Notes: generated by a model from the letters alone, not told the origin. Counted from the stretch's first letter, positions 13,759 to 28,039 are shown. The stretch: 64,000 bases of DNA from Eledone cirrhosa (GCA_964016885.1 OZ024745.1:126046001-126110000); one strand, 5' to 3'. Numbers and translations are program-made.

Positions 13759-13946
13759 TGTTTCTACTTTAGGCACAAGGCCAGCAATTATCCCAGTGTA
13801 TTACTGGTACTTTATTTTATCGACCCCGTAAGGATGAAAGGCAAAGTTAACCTCGGCAGGATTTGAACTCTGAATGGCAAGGGCCGTAACTCTATGCGTC
13901 AAAGTGTGGCGTCCGACACTCTACCGATACTGCCAATCCAGTGCCA
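13759..13946 (-). mobile_element. Major SINE with 16-bp TSD
   Basis: TSD TTGTATAATTTATAAT at 13743-13758 and 13947-13962. Confidence 0.9.
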
Positions 13947-14871
13947 TTGTATAATTTATAATGTCTATTACTAACGTATATCTAGTTCCTTCTAATGCCA
14001 TCCAATGTCATGCTGTTTCAACTGTTATTTTCATTTAGAACAGACTTAGTTGTGTTTCAATACTAATATAAACATTAGGACGGGTGGCGCATTGCAGCAT
14101 TTTTTTTTTTTTTACCCTTTACATTTAGAGTTCAAACCCCACCACAATCAACTATGCCTTTCATCCTTCTTGGGTTAATTGAATAAGGTACCAGTCAAGT
14201 ACTGGGGTTGCTTTAATCAACTTTTCCTTTCTATTAATTTTTGGGGCGGGAGGTGGGTTTCGTGTCTGAATTAGACATCAATTAGAAATCAAAAAGATTG
14301 GCGGTGAAGATATAGATCTTATTTCTTGCAGGCCAAGAAAACATGAGAAGCCTCACTTGCTTACACACCTATTAACAGATGTAAATGTTAAGTGGAAATG
14401 TAATCAGTTGTGGAAGCCTGATTATGTAAGCAAATCGTTGCTGGGGGCTACTTGAACGACACGGAGTTTTAGAGTCGTCTTAAGATCACCATGTTCATTG
14501 GATTTGATTTTGTTATTATTGTTGTTAATATTATTTTCATTTCTGTGGTAGACGTGTGGATGAGAGAATGTATGACAAGGGCGTTCACTTAATGATATCA
14601 ATGGTGGTTGAGGTGGAGGTGGAGGTGTATGTGGTAGGCTGGCAGCGGTGGCGGTGATGTGTGGGATAATGATGATTGTGGTGATAATGAAGTAGATAAA
14701 GGCAATGATCATGATTATAATAATAATAATAATAATAATAAGTAGTAGAAGAAGAAAATCTAACGTATCAGAATGTTTCGTCTAGGGACTGACAAGAAGT
14801 CAGAGCTGTATCTAACATAAATGACGTAGAAGGTTTAAAGGTTAGACAAATTGTGTAAGATAAGTTTTGTC

Positions 14872-15109
14872 AGAGAGAGAGAGGGAGAGAAGAGGAAGGA
14901 GTTAGAGAGGGGGACATGGAGAGAACGAGAGAACGAGAGAGAGAGAGAGAGAGAAGAGGAATGAGATAGATAGAGGGAGAGGGGGAGAACGCGAAAGAGA
15001 GAGAGAGAGGGAGAGAAGAGGAACGAGATAGATAGAGGGACAGGGAGAGAACGAGGGAGGGAGAAAGAGATGAGGAATGAGATAGATAGAGGGAGAGGGA
15101 GAGAAGGAG

Positions 15110-15147
<38 letters not shown>

Positions 15148-15181
15148 AACGAGATAGATAGAGGGATAGGGAGAGAACGAG

Positions 15182-15227
<46 letters not shown>

Positions 15228-15620
15228 AACGAGATAGGTAGAGGGACAGGGAGATAACGAGGGAGAGAGAAAGAGAGAGAGAAGATGAACGAGATAGATA
15301 GAGGGATAGGGAGAGAACGAGAGGGAGAATGAGGGAGAAAAGGAATGAGATAGATAGAGGGAGAGGGAGAGAACGAGAGAGAGAGAGAGAAGAGGAACGA
15401 GATAGATAGAGGGAGAGGGAGAGGCAGAAAGAGAGAAGATGAACGAGATAGAGAGAGGGACAGGGAGAGAACGAGAGAGAGAGACAGAGAGAGAGAGAGA
15501 GACAGAGAGAGAGAGAGAGGGGGAGAGAGAGAGAGAGAGAGAGAGAGAAAGATAGGGAGAGAGGGAGAGAGAGAAGATGAACGAGATAGATAGAGGGACA
15601 GGGAGAGAACGAGAGAGAGA

Positions 15621-15666
<46 letters not shown>

Positions 15667-15702
15667 GAACAAGATAGATAGAGGGAGAGGGAAAGAACGA
15701 AA
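14872..15702. repeat. Complex (GA)n-derived purine-rich minisatellite
   Basis: Recurrent AGAAGAGGAACGAGATAGATAGAGGGA.AGGGAGAGAACGAG units interleaved with (GA)n. Confidence 0.9.
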
Positions 15703-15707
15703 GACTA

Positions 15708-16030
15708 AATAATTGTTTCTACTATTGGCACAAGGTCAGCAATTATCCCAGTAGATTACTGGTACTTTATTTTATCGACCCTGTAAGGATGAAAGGCAAA
15801 GTGAACCTCGGCGGGATTTGAACTCACACCATAAAGGGCCGTAACTCTATGCTGCAAAGCATGGCGTCCGACACTCTACCGATTCTGCCAATCCACCAAT
15901 AATTGTTTCTACTTTAGGCACAAGGCCAGCAATTACCCAGAGTGCATTACTGGTACTTTATTTTATCGACCCCGTAAGGATGAAAGGCAAAGTCAACCTC
16001 GGCGGGATTTGAACTCAGATCGTAAAGGGA
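15708..16030 (-). mobile_element. Tandem pair of major SINEs
   Basis: Units at about 15708-15897 and 15898-16030. Confidence 0.85.
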
Positions 16031-16165
16031 GAACGGAGAGAATCCATCTGGAGGTGAAAGTAGGAGTAAGAGATAAACATATTGCTCTACATGTAAATAA
16101 ACATGTAATGAAGTATATGAAAGATACCTAAAGATATGAAGCTGCATTCTCTCACATCAAATATG

Positions 16166-16238
<73 letters not shown>

Positions 16239-16288
16239 ATATATATATATGTGTGTGTGTATATATATACATATATATATATATATAA

Positions 16289-16353
<65 letters not shown>

Positions 16354-16355
16354 CG

Positions 16356-16389
<34 letters not shown>

Positions 16390-16468
16390 CATATATATAA
16401 ATATATATATACATATATATAAATATATATATATATATACATACATAATATATTATATATATATATAC

Positions 16469-16560
<92 letters not shown>

Positions 16561-16569
16561 TAATATATA

Positions 16570-16639
<70 letters not shown>

Positions 16640-16646
<7 letters not shown>

Positions 16647-17292
16647 TAAACAAATAATGAATAAACAATGAAAACAGTTCCTTATATTAAACAAAAAAAG
16701 TTCATTATTTAACGATCGTTTCTAGGATATATATGTGTTAGAATTGGCATGCATATTCAACAGATCTATGTACAAAATTATACAAAATTATACAAACTAT
16801 CAATATTAAATATACATACCAACACATATATACGCCGTCTTCAGAAATAATGAAATATATTTATTGATAATAACAACAATTCAAAATTTCAGGTCCGTTT
16901 GGGAACAAAATTGACCAATGAAAATACAAAAGGTTTAATGCAATTCAGTGTGTGTATATATATCTCTATTAATGCGTGTATATATATATATATATGTATA
17001 TGCCTTTTTCTTTGTATGTCTGAGTTGGGTGAGTGTGTATTGGTGTTTCTATGTATATACGCATATATGAATGCGTATGTATTTATATATATGAGTATAT
17101 GTAAGTGCGAGTGTATGTATGAATATATATCTAATTCTATGTATGAATATATATGTGTGTTTGTAAGTTGTGTGTGTTTGTATGTATATGTCTACGTGTG
17201 TATATATATATGTATGTATGTGTGTGTATGTATCTGTGTATGTGTATGTATGTACATATATGTCTATGTATGTGTGTATGTATATATATGTA

Positions 17293-17371
<79 letters not shown>

Positions 17372-17585
17372 TTATTTTATATATATGTGTGTGTGTGTAT
17401 GTGTGTGTGTGTGTGTGTGTATATATATCTTTATATATGTGTATGTGTATGTTCGTGTAGGTGTGTCTGTGTGTATGACTATATATGTATGTGTGTATGT
17501 ATGTATGTGTGTATATATATCTATGTGTGTGTACATGTATGTATGTGTATGTATGTGTGTGTGTATGTATGTGTATGTATATATA

Positions 17586-17672
<87 letters not shown>

Positions 17673-17959
17673 GTTTCTCTATTTGTATATGTATTTGTGT
17701 ATAGGTATATACCTTTTTCGTTGTATGTCTGAGTTGTGTGAGAGTGTAGTGGTGTTTGTATGTATATACCGATATATAGATGCGTAAGTATTTATCTGTA
17801 TGTATGTATGTATGTCTGTATGTATTTGTGTGTATATATAGTTATGTATGTGTATATCTGTATGTATATAAGTATGTAAGTGTATGTATATGTGCGTGTA
17901 TGTGTGTATATATATGTGTGTCTATATAGTATGTGTGATTATATGTGTATGTATGTGTA

Positions 17960-18022
<63 letters not shown>

Positions 18023-18178
18023 GTGTATTTATATGTATGTGTGTATATGTATGTATGTGTGTATATGTATATGTTTTTATATATGTGTGTGTATGTATGT
18101 TCTAAGTGTGGATGTGTGTATATCTATGTATGTGTTTGTATATGTGTATATATATATATGTATGTGTGTGTGTGTGTG

Positions 18179-18269
<91 letters not shown>

Positions 18270-19245
18270 TTTCTTGATATATTTCTTTTTTCTTTTTTCT
18301 TTTTCTTTTCTTTCCTTTTATTGTTTATTTATTATTTATTATTTTTTATTTTCTTAGTTTATAGATACATCTATATTAAGCAGTCTGCCAATACCGTTGA
18401 ATACTGACCTCTCCCCCCCTCCCACCTAATTTCTGTATCTTGATCTAAATGTGTGTGCCAGTGTTTATGTGAGTGAATTAATATCCATGTGCTTAGGATT
18501 TTATATCCACATATATATATGTGAGTGGGGGTGTGTGTGTGTTTGTATGTTCGTAGTTATGTGTATGTTTATGCATATACGCGCGTGTGTGTATGATTGT
18601 ACGGATATGTATGACTATGTGAATATGTATATACACTTATTTCATATTTATGTGTCTATACGCATCTTATCTGTGCATTATAAACTTACAGAGACATTAA
18701 CCTTGAAATTTTGTACTTGCATCCATCCTTTTGATATGCGTATACAAGTTGTAAATACATTTTTGTAAAATATGTGTAAGGGTAGTTACATATATATACA
18801 CACACTGAATTGCATTAAACCTTTTGTATTTTCATTGGTCAATTTTGTTCCCAAACTGACCTGAAATTTTGAATTGTTGTTATTATCAATAAATATATTT
18901 CATTATTTCTGAAGACGGCGTATATATGTGTTGGTATGTATATTTAATATTGATAGTTTGTATAATTTTGTATAATTTTGTACATAGATCTGTTGAATAT
19001 GCATGCCAATTCTAACACATATATATCCTAGAAACGATCGTTAAATAATGAACTTTTTTTGTTTAATATAAGGAACTGTTTTCATTGTTTATTCATTATT
19101 TGTTTAATATTTTATCTTGACTCTGTATACCGTTTATCTTTCACCGAAAGTGATTTTTCATTACATCTCTTCTTTCCATGATATCCGGAATACATTGAGT
19201 TCTTCATACGGATTGGACACTACCGTAAACTCTTGGTAGATTTAT

Positions 19246-19250
<5 letters not shown>
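16640..19250 (+). mobile_element. 2.6-kb non-coding PLE-like element with 324-bp inverted repeats and 137-bp tail
   Basis: 16640-16963 is the reverse complement of 18790-19113 (one mismatch seen); spacer is low-complexity TG/TA; (TA)n on both sides. Confidence 0.8.
18899..19052 (+). ncRNA. Type-I hammerhead motif with extended stem II (mirror copy 16701-16854 on the minus strand)
   Basis: Perfect 10-bp stem I TTCATTATTT/AAATAATGAA; CTGAAGA 18909-18915; stem II TATATATGTGTT/AACACATATATA; GAAA 19031-19034; palindromic ACGATCGT; GUU triplet. Confidence 0.8.
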
Positions 19251-19289
<39 letters not shown>

Positions 19290-19794
19290 ATAGAGAGAGA
19301 GAGATATACACACGTTTGTGATGTGTCTGTGTGTATATATGTATATGTGTATATATATATGTGTATGTGTGTGTATCCAGACATATACAGGCATATATAT
19401 ATATATATATATATGCCTGTATATGTCTGGATACACACACATACACATATATATATATACACATATATCTGCCTGTATATATATATATATATATATGCCT
19501 GTATATATATATATATATATATATAATCGAAGGTCAAACAAACACGCATAGCGAATTGTTACATAAAATATTATTAGTTTAACGATTGTGGGAAAAAGAA
19601 AAAGCGTGTCTGGATGTATCGGATATTAGTCCTTCATCGGGAAAGAATGATTCTAGGAGTCGAGGACAGGTTATTTAGGGAGATAAAGGGGACAGAGTTG
19701 CTGATATGTGTATGTGATGCATATTCTGAGTGGATCCCTTTGTTCCAGGTGTTTCCGTAAATGTGTGAGCGTATTATACATGTATAGATAGATA

Positions 19795-19980
19795 TTTGTG
19801 TTGTGTGTGTTGGTGGGAGCACTGTATTTGTGTTGTGTGTGTGTTGGTGGGAGCACTGTGTTTCTGTTGTGTGTGTTGGTGGGAGCACTGTGTTTCTGTT
19901 GTGTGTGTTGGTGGGGGCACTGTGTTTGTGTTGTGTTGTGTGTGTGTTGGTGGGAGCACTGTGTTTGTGTTGTGTGTTGG
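19795..19980. repeat. Minisatellite, about 30-37-bp unit, 5-6 copies
   Basis: GTGTGTTGGTGGGAGCACTGTGTTT(C/G)TGTT repeated. Confidence 0.9.
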
Positions 19981-20195
19981 TTTATCCCGGTTTCAATCGG
20001 AGGTAACCACAGTAAGGTACTCAATACATGGCAGAATATAAATATTTAATATAGAAATGGCTTCTACAGGACTAGAACTGTTTCATTCGGAGGAAATCAT
20101 CAGGAAAGCCTTCCTAAAGTATAATAAGGCACACACACAGATATACACATACAGACACCCACACATACACGCGCTCACTCCCATTTGAAATATTG

Positions 20196-20412
20196 ATTTC
20201 TTATATAGGCACAATGCCAGTGATTTGGGGGGAGGGGAAAGTCGATTAAATCGACCCCAGTGCGTGACTGGTACTTTATTTTATCGACCCCGTGAGGATG
20301 AAAGGCAAAGTTAACCTCGGCGTGATTTGAACTCAGATCATAAAGGGCCGTAACTTTGCTGCAAAGCATAGCGTCCGACTCTCTACCGATACTGCCAATC
20401 CACCGCCCGACA
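20196..20412 (-). mobile_element. Major SINE with 16-bp TSD
   Basis: TSD CCCATTTGAAATATTG at 20180-20195 and 20413-20428. Confidence 0.9.
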
Positions 20413-20775
20413 CCCATTTGAAATATTGCCGTCCATTTTTGTTCTAGTTATATAAATAGTAACATACAAAACTTTATAAAATTATACCAGAGTAGGACCA
20501 CACAACTGTCGATCCTTCGAAAAATTTAAATCTCAAAGCGTTGACGAAGCGTAGGGGAAGATGAAGTTGTGCATTTGATGGGGTGGCATATAAAGAACCT
20601 TTTTCGTTCCTGGATCAATGTAATGACTTGCCTTTATAAAAGTATATTTACAAACATTTGACAAATACAAATCAAAATAGAAACTTTAAAATATAAACTT
20701 ATGCAAACGGGATAACGGTGTATTGAAGTTTCAGCAAAGTTCGGGTGATATGTTAAAGGTTATACTTTATATATA

Positions 20776-21107
20776 CAGTGTATCCCCAGCATTCGCGGTT
20801 CCGATTATTCGCGTAATTTTCTTTAGAACCTACCTAATAATTGTTCGTGGAATCCACCACATAGTCGCAGAATCGTAAATGTCTTCCGTGATTTTTTTAT
20901 GGTTTTTTTATCATGGCAATATATATTTTTTCACGTTTTTTAACGCTAAATTATTAATAACAATATACTGTATTTGTTGGCCTATATTTTACATTATGTT
21001 TTGACACGTTTATAGGCATTTTTATGGGCCACGTCCGGTATTCGCGATTTTTCACACTACGCGGGTGCTCTTGGAATGTAGTTTCCGGTAATACCGGAGG
21101 ACATCTG
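20776..21107. mobile_element. Tc1/mariner-pogo (Tigger-like) MITE
   Basis: TA|CAGTGTATCCCC...GGAGGACATCTG|TA imperfect TIRs; internal ATTCGCG motifs at both ends. Confidence 0.65.
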
Positions 21108-21925
21108 TACACTCTATCGCTTGGAAGTTACTCAGTTATTATGATTCAGAGTTGGTACTGTATGAAACTATTTAATTATTGATGTTTTGTGTTTGTATTT
21201 TGTCGTATTTGGCGTAGACATCATATTTAAATCGATAATATACACAGCTTGAATTTTAATACTTATTTCACACACCACACCCCTCAGTTTGTCAAAGACA
21301 GAATAGCATTGATAGCGTAAAACGTATTGTAGCTATTTAACCCCAGGTTATTCCTAGTCGTGTAGACCTATGATCAACAGTATTTAGCTGTAACCATCCT
21401 GTTTTCTTCTAGCCGTCGTGCACCACAGAGTACATTATTCCATGTGTTCTTTTTTATTTAATTATAATTGTATTTATAAAAATAAAATTTTATTTGCTGT
21501 GAATTGTGTTGGACTGGAATGAATTATAGAACGTGGTTTGTGGTAGATTTATCTGCTACTTCTTCTAGCAGGTCGAGCTACTACGTAGAACCTCCCTTGT
21601 TGGTTCGGGATGGTATCTGCTAAATAGCCAGGTGATCATCAATCATTCTTCACAGCAGCTCTCTAGATGTGTGAGTTCTAGTTAAGAGACATTCGGTGCT
21701 CCCCATCAACAGGAACGTCAAAAACAACATAGACACATAACCTATAACATACACTCGTGTATGAAACCCATTACCTTCAGATATAGTACACATTCCGATT
21801 AAACGCCTTCACTTTCACCTGGTCAATATTTCTAATATTAGCAAATGAAGCTAAACCATATGTTAAAGTAACCGTTATATTTGTCCCATCTGTTTCTGAT
21901 TTCCGGTTAATATAAACTTGTGTAA

Positions 21926-22192
21926 ACTTCTCCGAATTGAGAGATCACAGATCTGGTTCTATGAGCATGTAGTTAGAATGTCTCAGGAAAGAATCGCAGG
22001 ACAGATTTTACGGGCGAAACCAACAATTAGGAGACCCAGGATGTAGACCCCGAGCAAGATAGTTGGATAACATCGATGAGCTGGGCTAGTTACTCTTGGG
22101 ATCCAGCCGGATAAGTTGGAGACGGTTGCTTCTGACAGAACTCGCTGGAGGGAGTATTTGAGGACTCTGCCCCCACGACCCTCTCAGGAATA
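21926..22192 (+). mobile_element. 3' fragment of an RTE-clade LINE
   Basis: Decayed translation ...IERSQIWFYEHVVRMSQERIA...DKLETVASDRTRWREYLRTLPPRPSQE*, typical of the RTE C-terminus. Confidence 0.75.
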
Positions 22193-22363
22193 CCGTATTT
22201 CCTGGCGTCGAAAACGCTACTTTTTTTTTCAGAAAATAAGTCTCAAAAATCTACCATGCGTCCTGGAGGCCGAAAGAGGTTTATTATTTTTTTTCAAAAT
22301 TTTGGTTGTCAAAAATAGGGTGCGTCCTCGTGGACGATGCGTCTTCGGCGTCGGGAAATACGG
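22193..22363. mobile_element. pogo-like MITE inserted at the TA of the LINE stop codon (second copy 28972-29128)
   Basis: TA|CCGTATTTCCTGGCGTCGAA...TTCGGCGTCGGGAAATACGG|TA. Confidence 0.85.
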
Positions 22364-22589
22364 TAAGTGGGAGAAGAAAAGAAGTTCAAACTCAGCTGCA
22401 ATGCAACACAATCAGCTAGGAACTTCAATGAAGTTTGGGCCAAGGAAATATTAATGAATGCACTGTACAACGTTGGTCTAAAAACTTCCGACGTGGAAAT
22501 TAGGGTTTTGACAAATTGTTGATTAAAGATAAGAATAATATTTTATTCATTATTTCTATAAAACCTGTATATAAAATTATGTGATTCTA

Positions 22590-22929
22590 TCAAAACACGT
22601 AAAGAGAGAGGAGGAGTAGTTTAACTACCTCACACTACTCCTCTCTCTTTACGCCAACTGCCTGTGTGAATGTATGTGTGTGTAAAAGGAAGGAAGGTGA
22701 TGGTGAAAAAACTATAGCAAAATAGCTGCTGGCGTTCAATTTGTTATGCTGTGTATGTGTGTATGTGTCTGTATGAATGTATGTTTGTGTTTGTTTGAAT
22801 GTATGTCTGAGTGTATGTTTTCGTTAGTGTGTCTGTGTTTACACGTTTATATTTATATACTCATACTTATAAATGTATGCATATACACATACACACATAC
22901 GCGTCAGCATGTCGAAAAAAAAAACCTAG
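22590..22929. mobile_element. Partial CTAG-ended fold-back element, opposite orientation to 8097-8480
   Basis: Hairpin CGTAAAGAGAGAGGAGGAGTAG...CTACTCCTCTCTCTTTACG; ends AAAAAAACCTAG. Confidence 0.65.
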
Positions 22930-23177
22930 TTACATAAACGTTCAGCGTATATGTACAAATGACACACCGGATTAGACGTATGAGTAGCTTTGGGGCAATA
23001 TCTAATTGCTGGGACAAATCTGAGGTTAGAACTCAGGACTTTATATTGGAAAAGTGAACTTCTTATTGTAGCAACATGATTGAGATAGGACTGCAGTGTG
23101 TGAGTGTGTGTGAATTTTAAAGAGTTACAGACAAATATATATATAGAAATGAATATACAAACAACGTATTATTATGG

Positions 23178-23597
23178 TTGGCCGTGGATTGGCAGTATCG
23201 GTAGAGGATCGGACGCCATGCTTTGCAGCATAGAGTTACGGCCATTTACGATCTGAGTTCCAATCCCGCCGAGGTTAACTTTGCCTTTCATCCTCACGGG
23301 GTCGATAAAATAAAGTACCAGTCACGCACTGGGGTCGATTTAATCGACATTCCCCTCCCCCAAAATTGCTGGCCTTGTGCCTATATAAGAAACCATTATT
23401 ATGATTGGCGGTGGATTGGTAGTATCGATAGAGGATCGGGCGCCATGCTTTGGAGCATAGAGTTACGGCCATTTACGGTATGAGATGAAATCTCACCGAG
23501 GTTAACTTTGCCTTTCATCCTTACGGAGTCGATAAAATAAAATACCAATAATACACTGGGATAATTGCTGGCCTTGAGCCAAAAGTAGAAATAATAA
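23178..23597 (+). mobile_element. Tandem pair of major SINEs with (AAT)/(ATT) tail expansion
   Basis: Units at about 23178-23400 and 23407-23597. Confidence 0.85.
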
Positions 23598-24033
23598 TAA
23601 TAATAATTATTATTATTATTATTATGATTATTATTATTATTATTATTATGATTATTATCATTATAAAAGTAGAAACAATTATTATGGTTGATTATATGGT
23701 GTAGGTAAATGAGAAGTATTTTTCCCCCTCGAATATGACGTGTGAGAGATCTCCATTGGCCGTTTTCAGCAACATAGAATAACCCATCATGCTTAAGCAA
23801 CCTTACAAAAACATTAGGTGTGTTCACATATTTTAACAGTACATATCTCAATGTCACTGAGTAGTAGTAGCAGCAGTAGCAGTAGCAGCAGCAACAGCAG
23901 TAGTAGTAGTAAATGAATGAATATATACTCGGTAATTATTCAAGGGCGAAATAGCTAGGTAGATTACCAGCTGATTCATTACGTATTAAAAGCAGCTTCA
24001 AATACACTAATTTTACATTATCTATATAATACA

Positions 24034-24349
24034 ACAAGCTGGCCCCGTGCCGTAAAAAATGACGGCTAATTGTAATATGTATACATAATATGAAAGAAGA
24101 TGTTTGTTTGTTTGTTGACCTCTTCCTTTCTCAATCAACGATATCAGCCCTTCCTTTCTCAGTCGAAGTTATCACCCCTTCCTTTCTCAGTCGACGATAT
24201 CACCCCTTCCTTTCTCAGTCGACGATATCACCACTTCCTTTCTCAGTCGACGTTATCACCTCTTCTTTTCTCAGTTTGTCATCACCACTTATTTCCTTAG
24301 TCATCTCTTGTGACGGACAAATACACAAGCGTATTATATTTTAGTAGAT
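24034..24349 (-). mobile_element. Non-autonomous Helitron-like element with internal tandem repeat
   Basis: Minus strand starts TCTACTAAAATATAATACGC; subterminal hairpin GCCGTCATTTTTTACGGC; CTTG-T end; about 29-30-bp unit CCCTTCCTTTCTCAGTCGACGATATCA x5. Confidence 0.65.
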
Positions 24350-24948
24350 TGTGGTGAAATAAACAAAGTGTAGTCTACTTTCACCATCAAATTTATTGGG
24401 CTAAGTCATCTGCTATAGACTAGTTCTCTATCCAGAGGTATACTTCTTCTGATCTATATCTGTAATACTTATGGTTCGTAGAAAGATTAAAATATCAATA
24501 TAAATTAAAGAAACTTTCAGTAAACTTTAAAGAACTTTGTACTAAATAAAACATTCTCTAGTCATGAATTTTATGTCTCCAACATCAGACAATAAAATAT
24601 TCTCTAGAGTTTAGTATATCTACAAATTTTTACAACCGTCACTGACTGTCTTTGTATAAAAGTCTGTTATTTTTAGAGATAGTTATAATAGCTGAACACA
24701 GCAGAACGTGACAAGGATAGGAAAGCAAACATATAAACAAGTTTAATAATGTAAAACAAAATGAACAATTTCCATTTTGTTTGCAACTAACTCAAGATAT
24801 ATTTACAAAAACGAAATATTATATATATGTAGATCTCGTTCGTTTTCATGTCAAAGTTTGTATCTATTTGTACACGCACATGGTGGAAGATATTTACATA
24901 TGAATATATGTATATATGTATGTATATATATATCTGCGTATATGTATG

Positions 24949-25007
<59 letters not shown>

Positions 25008-25387
25008 TTGGGGAGGGTCATATATATATATATATATATGCTTACATATGAAATTTTGAATTTCTTCAGGTGTTCCGTTATTTACTACAGTAATCACAGG
25101 TGTGTCTCGAGGTCATATTATTTGTAAAAGGAGAAAATATATAAGAGAAGCGATTGTCAACTCGAAATGAAAAGACGAAACTGTGCTGTGTTCCAAATAA
25201 CTTGGGCCATTTTATCTTCAATTCATTTAATCCAAACTGAATTACTTTCTATATTGTCTGGCATGGCTCAAGTACTTAGCCATAATGCAGTCTAAAACTT
25301 TTTTCTTTGTATCAACAATATTTTACTAGGGAATTACTCACACGCTTTTCTATATTAAAAAAAAATTATTGTATGTATTAAAATTAA

Positions 25388-25672
25388 GGCGGCGAATTGG
25401 CAGACTCGTTAAGACGTTGGATAGAATGCTTTACGGTATTCGTGCCACATCATTGCGCGCTATAAGCTCAAATTCCGCCGTGGTCATGTTTGCCTTTCAT
25501 CCTTTCGAGGTCGATAGAAAAGTACTAGTCTAGTACTGGGGTCAATTATTCCTCTATAGAAATAATTGGCTGTGTTCAGACCTGGAGATGGTTGGGCTCC
25601 CCCAGATTTTATAATGCCCTAGACACACCGTATGATGGTGCCTCTACGACTCCACTAGGAGTTATGGGATAT
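25388..25672 (+). mobile_element. Variant-tail SINE
   Basis: Colinear with 10056-10310. Confidence 0.8.
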
Positions 25673-26335
25673 TTATATTAAAATTAACTTAAATAGTTAG
25701 GGTGATTTAAGTACAGAGAAATTTTGCTTTTGTTCTTTTTTATGTATACTGCATCTAGGCTTATATTGTATATTTCTCCTTTCTTTTTGAAAGAAGCTTG
25801 AAGTGGTTTAGGAGGGATTTGGCCCATATTTCTAACAAATCATCTCACAATAATACTCATAGATAAGAATATACTTGCAAATGTTCAAATATGTATGCAA
25901 ATGTTGTTATCAGATAATTTACATATTTTGGTTTCTATGATTTTTATTGCAGAATGAATAACAATTCTTCTTAGCTAATACAATTCTTCTTAGCTAATAC
26001 AATTCTTCTTAGCTAATACACTTTATTCAGACTCCTAAGATGCATAGATTTCAACTAGTCAGTTTGATAAACAATTAGAAATCAATGCCTATCAAAGGAA
26101 TGCATAAGTCTTCGACAAGCTATGAATTTAAACACTGTAAGCATCTATTAATTTACTCTATTGCCATTCCTGTATTTGGTCGAATAACAACTGTTTTATA
26201 GAATCCGAAACAACAAATAATTCCAGTGGACAGCTGATGAGTGGGAAATCTTCATGTGTCCGTCTTCTCTAAGTTTTCCATGTCCTTCCTTTGCCTCACT
26301 TATTAATTGTTGACTTATAATGTATTACATTACTA

Positions 26336-26809
26336 CTAGCAGAAAAACCACCCTTCGGGTAGTTTTCTGCTAGCATATTGATATTATACGCAAGTATATC
26401 TGCATGTAGATATGATTCATCAAATAAAATCGTAATTGACAATATACACAGAAATTGAACGAAGACTGCGTTACACTGTCTTATGTAATCAGTAACGTAA
26501 TCCATGATACATTAAAAAAGATGATATTATATATAAACTGCATTAGGAGAAAATTAGTGACGGAAATATATGAATGTTTATTTAAGCGATCGCTAACCGG
26601 AAGTGTTGACATTTGAAAATTTTAAAGAAATGAATCTTAAAATAAGCAACAAAATTATTTATATTTAATCAAGAATAACGAAATTTAGTAGATAAATTAT
26701 GTAATATTCAATAATTATTTATTCAAAGTAATCCAACTTTTTTACAAACGGGATAAAAAAAATATATTCTGGACGCAGTCCCTCACTCCTTACTTTATTA
26801 TAGTTTAGA
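26336..26809 (-). mobile_element. Non-autonomous Helitron-like element (second, 3'-truncated copy at 60295-60812 on +)
   Basis: A|TCTAAACTATAATAAAG ... hairpin ... CTAG|T on the minus strand; about 250 bp match 60545-60812 in inverted orientation. Confidence 0.75.
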
Positions 26810-27985
26810 TTACTGGCGAATATGTTGTTTGTTACTTTAGATTCTAAAGAACCTGATAGCATTACTTCTGTTTTTTGAAAGCTATAAATAATATTTTACT
26901 GATCAACTCTCTATGTTTGGATTATAATGATTACATATTTAAGTTAATTGTAGCATATTCAAATATTGCAGATCAACAAGAGACCCGCTGAATGATCGCT
27001 TGACCTGTGAAAATTACCGGCTAAGTCTCCTTCAAATCACAACATATCGTCTTATAAAAGGGAAACATCGGACGTTAGTAACTGATAACCCCAAAAGAAG
27101 GTCACTCACAAGTTTTGGGTCAACTCGTGGCTATTATAAATGACACTGATACTGTGAGGTCGAACTGATGAGTTAATCATTGCAAAGTGAAAATTGTATT
27201 CGTTCGGTTATACTGCACATACAAACAGCCTTCTGCTATTATTAGGAAAGCTTATCATCTGAAATTCAAGACATCGTCGAATCTTCCTCATTCCCGCGAG
27301 ATGTCTTGCATCTTTGCTATTTTTTGCGCCGCATTTGCCCTGCAAAACACTTTTAGATGTACGATTATTAAATATGTATATGTATCAGATATAACTGTAG
27401 CAGTATCATATTTACGTGTAAGAACGCCAAACGAAACTGACTACCTTCATATATGATATGCATGAGAAGATGTCTCTAGTCGTCTGCGCATGTTTTGCTT
27501 ACTTATCTCTATGCATTATGCATATCTGACTGTACTCATATACAAACATATACTCCCACCTCTACATGCATTGAGTATGAATGTGTATAAATACATTGCT
27601 ACTCTTATCCATTTTAATCATATCCCGGTGATGTCAAAGTTTGTCTATAAATATGTCTGGGTTAGGAAATTCCATTTAACGAAAGTTATTTTAGCTTAGC
27701 TCTAAATATATTTTTCTACCTTGACATAAAAGAACAACGCGTTCGCTTTTTACTGCTCTTGGTAGGGTTGTCTAATTGCAGGGGGAGAAAGGTTGTTATG
27801 TCTTTCATATTCAGCAGCATCAATCAATCGCATTACGAACACACGTATTTCAAGCTACATTTCTATCTAACCTTGAATATAGAGATACAGAAGAAAACTA
27901 CCTCTAGCGGCTATTACTTACAGCGAAAACAAATACATGTCTAGGAAACAAATCATAGGTGTGATTTCAAATGACTAGTTTTCAC

Positions 27986-28035
<50 letters not shown>

Positions 28036-28039
<4 letters not shown>

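Noticed and set aside
24120-24275. CRISPR-like regular repeats (also 19795-19980 and 46070-46375)
   Set aside because: Direct tandem units with no unique spacers, no cas genes, eukaryotic context.
25960-26020. 19-bp triple repeat ACAATTCTTCTTAGCTAAT
   Set aside because: Simple local slippage duplication with no further structure.
26229-26260. CTGATGA motifs at 26234, 51441 and 62092 as complete hammerheads
   Set aside because: No properly placed GAAA with stems II and III; at most partial remnants.
27288-27339. Possible terminal exon on the minus strand (TTTTGCAG then ANAAQKIAKMQDISRE*)
   Set aside because: Too short, no recognisable homology and no partner exons found.
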